NCBI GenBank assembly: GCA_965205485.1
Contig: OZ242180.1
Span: 4,224,001 to 4,288,000, forward strand
From: Candidatus Latescibacterota bacterium
GTDB taxonomy: Bacteria > Latescibacterota > UBA2968 > GCA-2709665
Reading direction: 5' to 3'
DNA: 64,000 bases
The translations under genes and the position numbers were made by a program. Shown here one piece after another: positions 11,501 to 20,504 of this stretch. A model generated the notes under the pieces. It saw only the letters and a list, made by a program, of their open reading frames with translations. It made no database searches and had not been told where the DNA came from. Within the stretch, counting starts at the first letter, position 1. Each line of letters opens with the position of its first letter.

Positions 11501-11786
11501 ACTCGTCAGGAAACTGCAAAGCAACCTCGACCTCACCCTGGAGTACGGCACGAACACAAGCCTCAAACGGGAGATTCCCAGAAGCGCGGACGCTACCGAA
11601 AGCGAACAGGCCGTTGTGCGGCAGAGCGAAGATCGATGGCACGCCAGCCTTGCAGGTCAGTATGAGTTCAGCAGCAAGTTTACGGGAGGGACCCGCTTTC
11701 GGCATGAAAACCGGAAAGACAAGCTCCGGGACCTGAACAACAAGGTCTGGGAATTCAGAGTATGGGGAGAAATCCGCTTCAATTGA
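5523..11786 (+). CDS. sprA: SprA-like giant outer-membrane beta-barrel (type IX secretion translocon homolog); start may be ATG 5562
   Basis: ~2080 aa. Motifs YDGDEDDIIQEIEAG, GLFGIK, WDLAWRNVY, AYIDDFEG, LHIDLGEISE, PDSEDLNRNG, EIWLDELR; amphipathic C-terminal beta-strands ending EIRFN. Confidence 0.85.
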   Translation: MPGRPRPSRSYSRMQIPYISKESQRGTTHPIPAILAIVLSTSLLSGSDKLHAEPGIQLSFGRTPAHVFHRSPAKLTYSRSTAFQPLFRQRRQFTQTVTRLLNTETGTLMVYRAAGEVVHGIPAVITIKGLTAYKFDADFRRVVAEKLSLPVQTRRGMGGALVDIKIPVKVPKALSVIAGEGDTNIKITGSRRIDLSGVNTTVGGQAQTVRARAAEGFTVNFEQESQLNVQGTIGDRISLNLQQDSRGQTDISESLQFRYDGDEDDIIQEIEAGRTSLSLPGTRLVGFSSSNRSGLFGIKGRGRLGGLDVTVVTSHDRGASNRKSFQGQAEEIAHRIRDYDYEENRYFFLDQVYRRSFPDEPARPDLVDINSVRVFLNDFNDRNDIEQRAGRGIAYAFWSGETTPEPDAGVDGAQSGGIEEGFFHELDRSEFLVDARGYLIMTVGRVLRSHTLAVAYRTADGRVFGDLNFIQNPSNPEAKIRLKLIHARQQRPEFPTWDLAWRNVYFLGNRDIAPEGFELEILRDVPGQEAVDNQGGTPYLQIFGLDRHTNGASESSPPDNLIDIDGGTNLPGLNLLTGHLVFPDLEPFGERGVGAETLADDARVPEIYNTTNNTTRAQKGQYFLRIRSQSRATTFQLGFGLIENSEEVLLNNRRLTRGRDYNISYELGTIELIGEAADLAADPSASLIINYGSKSQFGLGGGQKSLLGIRAEHPFKDNVSMVGVSLLYGSESATRQRIRVGEEPARTLIWDMNGRFRFKPQILTDFANRLPFVSTQAPSALNVDMEIAQSLPNPNTKNVAYIDDFEGAESRKSFSTFKFDWSAGSSPTRNGLPLSMPRGRLTWYNLVDRDRITIYEIQPSRDDIPVESSIIDDVLSVRFEPHRTNGFPETSRNPAGGLPENSWAGITSYLYGMDFSRSKFIELWVRGNAGRLHIDLGEISERADLLLDHATFNPPPAGQFRTEDRPLPGFPTGDDVAIPEEDIGLDGLTDAQEDSVFRLIYPGVTVPDDPSDDNFKDVDDDQEDLRFRYPAGINGTQNNNSEREQRPDSEDLNRNGILDTRNHYLQYGVDLASDRGWNPMTGEYDGPSVLVVGSQSDPSDRPWRLLRIPLRGSNAPRTVEGNPDTTFAGVFDFARVWIEHDDTTSLDIYTIAAVGSDWLEDETPEGHQSGDFKVATIGTDNQVYEIPPGLEREIDPQTGRQLLERSLVLRFEDLFPGESVSASRTFTEGENYTRYGLMTMFVHGGNPTSPTYEANFPAGPDSVAESFSPIELFVRFSPIGEDTLNFYEFRKPIYRGWSPENNTFKIELDVLTQIKAKLTDFKAIGQSSDTLRISLPSGEILADYDSEAGQIRAGLHGGTYTVRGNPALSKIKSFVVGVRNTGDFPLEGENEIWLDELRVDRVRKKNAVSMLLNVQTTLADLGNVSLNLERRSGDFQDLQGRSTGNSTTQVSMNGSFNLNKFLPERWNTVIPVRFNYLRNGSVPRIRQGSDIVLTEQQKSRESAVRASSRFNVSLRKRPAARNRRWVARLFFDRINASLNLLTNNAVSGAITRRRSNKEHNFNGSFSYDVSWPRQTGVKILTWVPGLGSHFEEVQFFYLPSTLRYNLRFDRKNINRRSFSAVEGDTSDVIAVLNETFNVNESFAIKLAPFRSLNANYSLAVNRDLRNSFDFARLQFGRETTRNQEVRFNFTPRVSKWLNINSDYSSRYRERLETGGQRISIGNERRGLTVGNNSSVGGRFSLNLPGLFRPLARPSKDRTGFSVIRMIGKMGGSLEAVQLNVSRRRTFNLFGLRRRPALKFQLGFTDTTRSLRYGSGGVTRVNTRNIADNAILKGGVRLPAGFRGSTNLTFNHTRNFGNANTEEQKLEFPEFGVNWRGLGELPVLRWLFTSSSLSFNYKTNRIFRGDGGLDDNVLTSDTRRTEFRPLVAWQARWKNRMSTNLRRNRSRQSDLRYQRNVATDTTLAQPTLEERQIGTTITEASQFTASLRYSLSSKLVRKLQSNLDLTLEYGTNTSLKREIPRSADATESEQAVVRQSEDRWHASLAGQYEFSSKFTGGTRFRHENRKDKLRDLNNKVWEFRVWGEIRFN

Positions 11787-11843
11787 AACTGTCCGTCCGC
11801 CGTCCAACCTCCATCGGTTCCCGCCATCTCTGCTGGAGATCGC

Positions 11844-12230
11844 ATGTTTTCCTTCAATCGCAAGGAACGGTTCGTTTTGCTGGGTCTTACCGCGGCATTG
11901 CTCGTTGGCGGGGCGGTCAATCTGGTTGAACGGTACAGCGGCCACGACCTCCCGGACTTTCACGTTCAAAAGGGCGCGGTTCCGGTACCCGACGGTCCGG
12001 AAGAAACTGAATCTGTGCAGCAGCAAACCGGTCCGATCGATCTGAACCGGGCATCGGCGGGACAGCTGACGCGCCTGCCGGGCATCGGCCCAAAAATCGC
12101 CCGTCGCATTGTGGACGACCGAAATCAGCGGGGGCCATTCAAGTCCGTGGATGACTTGACCCGAGTTAAGGGAATCGGAAAAAAGACGGTGAAAAAGCTC
12201 GGTCCGAAGATTACGGTCGACAGTCCATGA
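11844..12230 (+). CDS. comEA: ComEA-family helix-hairpin-helix DNA-binding protein
   Basis: IDLNRAS..QLTRLPGIGPKIARRIV..R..GPFKSVDDLTRVKGIG (two HhH motifs); N-terminal TM segment. Confidence 0.88.
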   Translation: MFSFNRKERFVLLGLTAALLVGGAVNLVERYSGHDLPDFHVQKGAVPVPDGPEETESVQQQTGPIDLNRASAGQLTRLPGIGPKIARRIVDDRNQRGPFKSVDDLTRVKGIGKKTVKKLGPKITVDSP

Positions 12231-13176
12231 CCAGGGCAACGGGGATTCAGATTGCTGGCGACCTGCTTCGATTGGCATGCCTGGAGCGCGCGCCGGCTGG
12301 CTATCGGCTGTGTGCGCTCTTCGAGTCGCGCCTGATCACGCCTCTTTTGCCACATTGGCCTGTTCAACCGCGTGTCATGCGATGCGTCTCGGAGGGTCTG
12401 CGGCGTGCATTCGAGCAGGTTCAGGGTGTGCCGGGGACCGTTGCACTCTCGCTGGGAGGCGGCTTCTTTCACCTGCAAAAGACGCCGCTGGAACTGGCTT
12501 CGCCCGATGATCGACAGGAACACGTCGCGTGGGAGGCAGCGCAAACGCTGGTCGACCCCATCGAAAGGTATACCGTCAGTTACAGAGCCGTGGGACGAAC
12601 TGCGTTCTGGACGGCCATCCGCAAGGAGGTCATCGAATTCTGTTCTGAATTGCTTTCATCGCTTTTCGTGCGAAAGTTCCGTCTGGAAGCCGAGCCGATC
12701 GGACTGTTTTACGCCTGCCTGCTGGCGACAGGTCGGACCGGATCCAGCGCCGTTTTCATGGGCGGGCGCCCCTGGCTCTATTTTGCTGCGACGGAATCGG
12801 GCGTTCTGGTTTCGGCAGAGGCTGCCTGGCTGGGAAACACGAAACGGGAAGACGGGTTGCCACCCAAGACCTTGTGCAAATGCACGAACGCGGAAGATAC
12901 CGACGTCATATTGCGCCGCTGGCTCAACAGACGGCGCGGGCCCGACGCGAGCATGTCCGGATTTGATCGGATTCTGTTGTGCGGCGAAGATCAGCAGATG
13001 GCGACCCTTGGCCAGCGCATAGATGCGGCCGGCGGGCCAGGATTCGAAACCCTCCTGCCCTTTTCGAATTGTACGACGGAGACGCTCCAGGAATCACAGC
13101 GCCGCTTGCTGGCGAACCAGTCTACGTTCAGTGTTGCGGCAGGGCTGGCTTACATGAACCTTGCAAAGGAGCAACC

Positions 13177-13180
<4 letters not shown>
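12227..13180 (+). CDS. Divergent PilM-like (actin-fold) protein
   Basis: N-terminal GIQIAGDLLRLACL resembles PilM GIDIG; late ILLCGE and C-terminal FSVAAGLA resemble PilM I.L.GG and VA.GLA. ATGA overlaps with both neighbours. Confidence 0.45.
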
Positions 13181-14680
<1,500 letters not shown>

Positions 14681-14919
14681 TCACCGATAGAGGTCGCCCA
14701 CCCCGATCCCGCGGACGATACCCCACCTCTTTGGTGTTTCCCTGAAAATTCCTTTCGAACCCCGTACCGCTTCTGAAAATCCCGTTCACCGCAGCGCGTC
14801 TCAGGCGCCGCAATTCCCCCGTTTTTTCTGGTACTCCTTTTGCATACAGATAGACTGAACCTGACACGCACCACACCTGGACACCATCTATCGCTGAGGC
14901 GCGCAGGCCTGTTCCGCTA

Positions 14920-16044
14920 ATGATGTCCAAAGACATTCTGGACTGGTTGACCCTTCATTCTGTCGCCGGGCTCGGACCCGTCGCATTTTCCGCATTGCTG
15001 CGTGAGTTTCGCAGACCGGACGAGGTATTGCGGGCGACCCGTCAACGCCTGTGTACTGTACCGGGCATAGGTCCGGAACTTGCCGACGCGATCCATGCGG
15101 ATCGCGACCCGGCCTGGGCTGAAGAGCAGCTTCGTCGCGCTGAAGACGCGCGCGTGCATCTGCTGACGCTGCAGTGTTCCGACTATCCAGGCTATCTTCG
15201 AGAAACCCATGCGCCGCCGCCAATCCTCTTTGTACTCGGAAAAGTAGATGTTTGCAAGCATCCCACCGTCGCGATCGTGGGCTCCCGCTCATTCACGTCC
15301 TACGGGCGTGACATCGCTTATCAGATGTCCGGAGAACTCGTACGTCACGGTATTACCGTGGTCAGCGGACTGGCCACCGGTATCGATACGTACGTCCACC
15401 GGGGCGCGCTTGCCGAACGAGGATTCACCGTGGCGGTATTGGGCAGCGGACTGGACAGGCCGTATCCGCCACAAAACATGGACCTGTTCCATGTGATCAA
15501 CGAAACCGGCGCCACGCTTTCAGAATTCCCGATGGGCGCATCTGCAGAAGCCCACAACTTTCCTCGCCGCAACCGAATCATCAGTGGGCTCAGCCTCGGC
15601 GTCCTGGTTGTCGAGGCAGGTGAACGCAGTGGTGCGTTAATCACCGCCCGCCTCGCGCTGGATCAGAACCGGGAGGTTTTCGCCGTTCCGGGTCCGGTTC
15701 ATTCCGGCCGAAGCCGCGGCACAAACCGGTTGATCAGGCAGGGCGCGGTTCTGGTTCAATCGGTAGAGGACATTCTGGATGAAATCCGTCCGCAACTGAC
15801 GCAAGTCCCCACACGAAATGTCCGTCCGAAACCGGCTCCGGAACCCCTGGAACTCTCGCATCGGGAACGCCAGGTCTATGAGTGCCTTTCCTCCGACATG
15901 CCGGCCCACATCGATGCCATTGCCGAACGTACGGAAATCCCGGCCGCCAGTGTGCTTTCATTGCTGCTGTCGCTTGAACTGGCGGGTGTCGCCGAACAAC
16001 TACCCGGAAAACGCTTTGTCCGGAAGCCGGTTCGAACCGGATAA
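14920..16044 (+). CDS. dprA: DNA processing protein DprA
   Basis: AIVGSR, VSGLATGID, VLGSGLD, FPRRNRIISGLS, SGALITA, VFAVPG; C-terminal winged helix. Confidence 0.95.
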   Translation: MMSKDILDWLTLHSVAGLGPVAFSALLREFRRPDEVLRATRQRLCTVPGIGPELADAIHADRDPAWAEEQLRRAEDARVHLLTLQCSDYPGYLRETHAPPPILFVLGKVDVCKHPTVAIVGSRSFTSYGRDIAYQMSGELVRHGITVVSGLATGIDTYVHRGALAERGFTVAVLGSGLDRPYPPQNMDLFHVINETGATLSEFPMGASAEAHNFPRRNRIISGLSLGVLVVEAGERSGALITARLALDQNREVFAVPGPVHSGRSRGTNRLIRQGAVLVQSVEDILDEIRPQLTQVPTRNVRPKPAPEPLELSHRERQVYECLSSDMPAHIDAIAERTEIPAASVLSLLLSLELAGVAEQLPGKRFVRKPVRTG

Positions 16045-16139
16045 CGACCAGAGCCATCCATTTCGGAGGCTCTGGTCGCGGCGCAGCACTGCTGTATTCT
16101 TGGATCGGGGTTGAAGACTGGTGGGTAAATTAAGACCCA

Positions 16140-16351
16140 GAAGCTGTTTTAAAATTCCCATCGGTCTTCGCACGGCTGCAAAAGCGCCGGTCGGCGTTGG
16201 TCAAATCCACCCGTATCCAATGTATCGAGGCTGCGCGCCCCTCGCCTCTCTTAGGCGGATTTTCCCGTCGGCGCTGCGCGCCCCTCGCGCCTCATAACCG
16301 CCGCTTTTTCGCTCGTGCTCGGGAACTCACCGGTAATTTCAAAACAACTTC
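16140..16351 (+). mobile_element. MITE copy 1 (212 bp), non-autonomous, IS5-like
   Basis: Imperfect TIRs GAAGCTGTTTTAAAATT ... AATTTCAAAACAACTTC; flanks CCA/TCA, where TCA is the lexA stop codon on the minus strand. Body shared with three other copies. Confidence 0.85.
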
Positions 16352-16981
16352 TCAGAATCGACGCATCAGGCCGACAATCTTGCCCGCAATGCGGAACTCG
16401 TCGCGGCCCGGATGAACCAAGATGGTTTCGAACGCGTCGTTCTCAGGCGTGAGCCGTACCCGGCCCGCGTCGGGGAAATATCGCTTCACGGTTGCCTCCT
16501 CCCCAATCACCGCCACCACGATCTCGCCAGGACTCGCCGTTTCCTGATGGCGTGCCAACACATAATCACCATCCAGGATGCCTGCGTCGCGCATACTCTC
16601 ACCCTTGACTCGAAGAACGAAGACATCCTCTGACGGCAGAAAAGAACGATCGACCGCCACGGTTCCCTCGACGTTTTCAGTTGCCAGAATGGGCTCCCCG
16701 GCAGCCACACGTCCAATTACCGGCACCTCCCGCGTCTCGGACCCTCCGGGAATGTCGCGTTCCATGTAGTCTGTAAGCTCGATACCCCGGGACACCATCG
16801 GGCGCCGCCGGATGTATCCCTTTTTTTCGAGCGCGGCCAGCGTGGTTCTCACGCCATTCGTGGAAGCAATGTTAAACGCATCCATCGTCTCCCGAATTGT
16901 TGGAGGAGCGCCGCCGTCTCGAATCTTCCGGGCGATAAACTCGTAGATTTCGTTCTGCCTGTCCGTCAACTTCTGACGCAT
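16352..16981 (-). CDS. lexA: SOS repressor LexA
   Basis: N-terminal wHTH (LTDRQNEIYEFI, PPTIRE); Ala-Gly cleavage site VAAGEP; catalytic GESM and TVKR. Confidence 0.96.
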   Translation of the reverse strand: MRQKLTDRQNEIYEFIARKIRDGGAPPTIRETMDAFNIASTNGVRTTLAALEKKGYIRRRPMVSRGIELTDYMERDIPGGSETREVPVIGRVAAGEPILATENVEGTVAVDRSFLPSEDVFVLRVKGESMRDAGILDGDYVLARHQETASPGEIVVAVIGEEATVKRYFPDAGRVRLTPENDAFETILVHPGRDEFRIAGKIVGLMRRF

Positions 16982-17076
16982 GGCTCATCTCCTCAAGAGC
17001 CGGACGCCTTTTAAGATTTCGAAAACACGTCCGGTTCGTTTCAATTCGGTCCGTTAACATGGGCACTGCTCATTTG

Positions 17077-17105
17077 AATATAGTGAACATTAGTTCATTC
17101 GTCAA
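17077..17105 (-). promoter_or_regulatory. lexA promoter
   Basis: On the minus strand: TTGACG (17105-17100), 17-bp spacer, TATATT (17082-17077). Confidence 0.7.
17084..17097. promoter_or_regulatory. Putative LexA operator TGAAC-ATTA-GTTCA
   Basis: Perfect GAAC-N4-GTTC inverted repeat lying between the -35 and -10 of the lexA promoter. Confidence 0.75.
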
Positions 17106-17163
17106 CATCAGTTTTGTGCGGTGCCGCAACTTGCCATTGCCGAAAGCGTCGTGGATTCGAAAT

Positions 17164-17176
17164 CGAACAAAAGTAC
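17164..17176. promoter_or_regulatory. Possible second LexA operator CGAAC-AAAA-GTAC
   Basis: One mismatch to GAAC-N4-GTTC, in the same intergenic region. Confidence 0.4.
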
Positions 17177-17262
17177 TCGTCAAACCGGAAACCTCATGAT
17201 GCTACCAGGAAGTTCATCTGCAAACCACTGCAAAACCTATACTTAGATCAAACATAAAGTGC

Positions 17263-17290
17263 TTGACAGGTGTACCGGGTTACGTATATT
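17263..17290 (+). promoter_or_regulatory. Putative sigma70 promoter for the hypothetical-PqqD pair
   Basis: TTGACA at 17263-17268, 16-bp spacer, TATATT at 17285-17290. Confidence 0.55.
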
Positions 17291-17334
17291 TATCCATCCG
17301 GCGCATTGATTCTCCAGGTAAAAGGTGGCGTCAC

Positions 17335-18303
17335 TTGAGGCCATTACGTTACTCAGACTGGTCCCTTTTCGGATGGCACGGGCTGACACTCGAGGTGCCG
17401 TTGGAGTGGAATCCCGGAAAGATAGCGGGCGATTTCAATGCAGGCAGCGTTCGCCTGGATGATCCCACGCTGGCCAGACTGGAAATCGAGTGGAAGGATG
17501 CCCGGGGCGACGAGCGAGTCACGCCGATTGTGGACCGCTTTGTCGATGGACTCGCTCAGAGTGCCCGCAAGGAAAAGAAACGTGTCGACATCAACCGCAA
17601 TCCCGATGCGGGGTGGATTGACCTGCCAGATGCGCGTTCTCCGGTTTTTTTCGCCTGGCAGGCCGAACATTTGGTCCACGCGCTGGTGTTTTACAGTCAG
17701 CCTTCCGACAGGCTCCTGTTCGTCAGAATTCGAACAAGACCGGACGAGGACGCACGGGACAATATCGGCAGGATTCTGAACTCAATTCGGGATACGTCAC
17801 CCGACGGTCACCGGACCTGGGCGCTGTATGATCTCGTGTGTTCATCGCCTCCCCTGTATTCTCTGGAGAGCTATGAACTCAAATCCGGACACCTTCGACT
17901 CTGTTTTCAGCACGGCCGGAATATGCTTCAGGTCGACCGGCTCAGCCTTGCCAGGGTGCTTCTGAAAAGGCGCACGCTTGTGGAGTGGTATCAGGAATTT
18001 TTCCGCAAGAGCCTCCGGCAGGTCAATCTGGATGTCCGCGAGACCAGCGTCGGTAATCACCCGGGTCTGCAGATTTGCGGAAAACCCAAGAGCCGCTGGC
18101 GGGGTTTGCTGATGCCTCTACCGTTCTGGAACGTCAGACCACGTCTGAATATGGAAGCCCGAGTCTGGACCTGCAGCCACGTAAACAAGATTTACGCGGT
18201 TCACACCTACTACAAGAAACAGCAGGATTCCGCGGATATCGAGGATGCCCGCAGCTCCGTGGTCTGCCATCAGGTTGCCGTCCCGGAATTCACGAAATCC
18301 TGA
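17335..18303 (+). CDS. Hypothetical protein (start reassigned to TTG 17335)
   Basis: Long ORF with an AAAGGTGG RBS. The two halves begin similarly (FGWHGLTLEVPLEW and WALYDLVCSSPPLY), suggesting an internal duplication. Confidence 0.7.
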   Translation: MRPLRYSDWSLFGWHGLTLEVPLEWNPGKIAGDFNAGSVRLDDPTLARLEIEWKDARGDERVTPIVDRFVDGLAQSARKEKKRVDINRNPDAGWIDLPDARSPVFFAWQAEHLVHALVFYSQPSDRLLFVRIRTRPDEDARDNIGRILNSIRDTSPDGHRTWALYDLVCSSPPLYSLESYELKSGHLRLCFQHGRNMLQVDRLSLARVLLKRRTLVEWYQEFFRKSLRQVNLDVRETSVGNHPGLQICGKPKSRWRGLLMPLPFWNVRPRLNMEARVWTCSHVNKIYAVHTYYKKQQDSADIEDARSSVVCHQVAVPEFTKS

Positions 18304-18341
18304 CGGCGGCCCGTCTCTGTCTCAGTGCCACAGGTAGCCTT

Positions 18342-18767
18342 ATGCCCTTGTTCTCCTTGAAGAGACAGCCCAAGATCAGTCGCGAGGCGATGTTCAACTC
18401 CAAACCTGCCCGGAATAGCCAGCTGGAATGGAAGACGAACAACGACGATGAGGTGACTATTACGTTGAGACGGGCCGATACCACCAAAGTGAAGATCATT
18501 TCCAAAATATTCTGGGTGCCCGAAAAACGAACGCTGGTCCTTGATGAGATCGGTTCACAGGTCTGGAATATGTGTGACGGCCGCACGTCCGTGGCCGCAA
18601 TGATCAAGCGATTGTGCGACACCCACAAGCTCAATGCAAAGGAAGCTGAAATCTCTCTGTTGAGCTACCTCAGAACCCTGGGACGCAAGAATCTGCTCGG
18701 GTTTTTGGTCGAAAAAGGCGATTTGAGGAAAAAGAAAAGAAACGCCAGCGGAAAAGCCTGGAGGTAG
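18342..18767 (+). CDS. PqqD-family / RiPP recognition element (RRE) protein
   Basis: LDEIGSQVWNMCDGRTSVAAMIKRLC..H.L....AE..L..YLR.L..KNL matches the PqqD winged-helix pattern; ATG at 18342. Confidence 0.8.
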   Translation: MPLFSLKRQPKISREAMFNSKPARNSQLEWKTNNDDEVTITLRRADTTKVKIISKIFWVPEKRTLVLDEIGSQVWNMCDGRTSVAAMIKRLCDTHKLNAKEAEISLLSYLRTLGRKNLLGFLVEKGDLRKKKRNASGKAWR

Positions 18768-18791
18768 CGTACAGCTCCGGACGTCCAGAAG

Positions 18792-18830
18792 ACAGCCCCG
18801 CGATCCTGGACCGCGGGGCTGTTTCTGTGT
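18792..18830 (+). terminator. Intrinsic terminator between the PqqD gene and convergent nuoN
   Basis: ACAGCCCCGCG-loop-CGCGGGGCTGT, an 11-bp stem followed by a T-rich tail. Confidence 0.7.
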
Positions 18831-18901
18831 CTTTGCTGGAAAAACCGGGTCACGCGTGATGCGGCCCGTATCGGGTCCGCCCCTCACCCCGGCACACCGG
18901 T

Positions 18902-20431
18902 TTACCGCATCATGGCCTGAACGGCTTCACCACCGTTCAGGAAAATCGCGGTAGACGTTTCGGCCAGGTCGGCCAGTGGCGCCCAGTAGACGCCAAACAG
19001 CAGCGTACCCACGAACAGGACCGCCAGAGTTGCCGTGGCAAACGGGGATACAACGACGGGTGTATCCGAGCGGGGCTTCTCAAGATACATGGCGCGCACG
19101 ACCCTCGCGTAGTAGTACAGGGAAACGGCGCTGTTCAGCGCGCCAACGACGGCCAGCCAGTAGAGCCCGCCATCGACGACGGCGGCAAACAGATACACCT
19201 TTCCCACAAAGCCTGCGGTCGGCGGCAGGCCCGTAAGAGAGAAAAGAAACGCGGACATCGCAAGCGCAATCCAGGGGGAACGCCAACCCAGGCCGCTGTA
19301 ATCCCCGATATCCTCGCTTCCGATTCTTTCGGCCAACAGCAAAACAACCAGAAACGCGCCCAGATTCATAAACAGATAGGCGCCCGCATAAAACATCACT
19401 GCCTTCAGGCCCGCGGACGACAACATCACCACACCCATCATCATATAGCCCGCGTGGGCAATACTGGAGTATGCGAGCAGCCTCTTCAGGTTGCGCTGCC
19501 AGATGGCCGTCAGATTGCCCAGCGTCATCGTAAAGGCCGAAATGAGAGCGAGCAACTGCGGCCATGCCACACCTAACGCGACACCCGCGCCCGAAGCACC
19601 GTCGAAGGCGGACAGACCCACGTAGAAGAACCGCGCCAGCATGGCGAATCCGACCGCCTTCGGCGCGACCGAGAAGAAGGCAGTCACGGGAGTCGGCGCA
19701 CCCTCGTACACGTCGGGACACCAGAAGTGAAACGGAACCGAGGCCACCTTGTATCCGAACCCGGCCATCGCGAGCGTCGCTCCGAGAAACAACGTCAGTT
19801 CGTAAGGCGCCGTTGTTCCAAGACGCGCGGCGATCCCATAGATATCCAGTGTACCCGTCAGGCCGTAGATCAGGGAGAATCCATAGAGCATGATGCCGGA
19901 AGACACCCCGCCGTAGACGACATATTTCAGCGCCGCCTCATTGGATCGCCGGACCCGTTTCTGATAACCCGCCAATACGTAGGAAGGCAGACTGACAAGC
20001 TCAAGCGCAAGATACATCATCAGCAGATTGGTCGCACCGGCCATCAGAAAGCCGCCCAGCCCCACAGAGAGGAAGAGCGCATAGAATTCACCCATGCGGT
20101 CGGCGTCGATGTCCCGCGATTGCAGGCCGAACAGCGTGACCACAATGGTCGTGACCACGATAACAAGCTTGAAGAACAGGGCAAAACCGTCCAGGGCGAT
20201 CATACCCATGAACAGCGACCGGGGCGCCTCGTCGTACAGATCCGCGATCGAAAACAGACAGGCCACAAGAACCAGAAGCGTCAGGCCCGTCAACAGCGTC
20301 TTCTTCTTTGCGGTCAGAATCAGGTCGACGGTCACGATGCCTATAATTGCAACTGTGATGATGATCTCCGGCCAGATGTATTGCAGGCCGTCCAGATTCA
20401 CCGCGATCGCGTGTTCAATGGCCTCGGCCAA
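18902..20431 (-). CDS. nuoN: NADH-quinone oxidoreductase subunit N
   Basis: EAALKYVVYG, KVASVPFHFWCPDVYEGAPT, KRLLAYSSIAHAGY; many TM helices. Confidence 0.95.
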   Translation of the reverse strand: MAEAIEHAIAVNLDGLQYIWPEIIITVAIIGIVTVDLILTAKKKTLLTGLTLLVLVACLFSIADLYDEAPRSLFMGMIALDGFALFFKLVIVVTTIVVTLFGLQSRDIDADRMGEFYALFLSVGLGGFLMAGATNLLMMYLALELVSLPSYVLAGYQKRVRRSNEAALKYVVYGGVSSGIMLYGFSLIYGLTGTLDIYGIAARLGTTAPYELTLFLGATLAMAGFGYKVASVPFHFWCPDVYEGAPTPVTAFFSVAPKAVGFAMLARFFYVGLSAFDGASGAGVALGVAWPQLLALISAFTMTLGNLTAIWQRNLKRLLAYSSIAHAGYMMMGVVMLSSAGLKAVMFYAGAYLFMNLGAFLVVLLLAERIGSEDIGDYSGLGWRSPWIALAMSAFLFSLTGLPPTAGFVGKVYLFAAVVDGGLYWLAVVGALNSAVSLYYYARVVRAMYLEKPRSDTPVVVSPFATATLAVLFVGTLLFGVYWAPLADLAETSTAIFLNGGEAVQAMMR

Positions 20432-20504
20432 GTGATTATACCTCCCATCGAGTCGGGCTCAAAATGCAGCGAGGTCCCGGAACGTCGAACTGTCTTTCAC
20501 GAAC

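Noticed and set aside
18075..18341. Long N-terminal extension of the PqqD ORF
   Set aside because: It overlaps the upstream gene in another frame; ATG 18342 gives a normal-sized protein.
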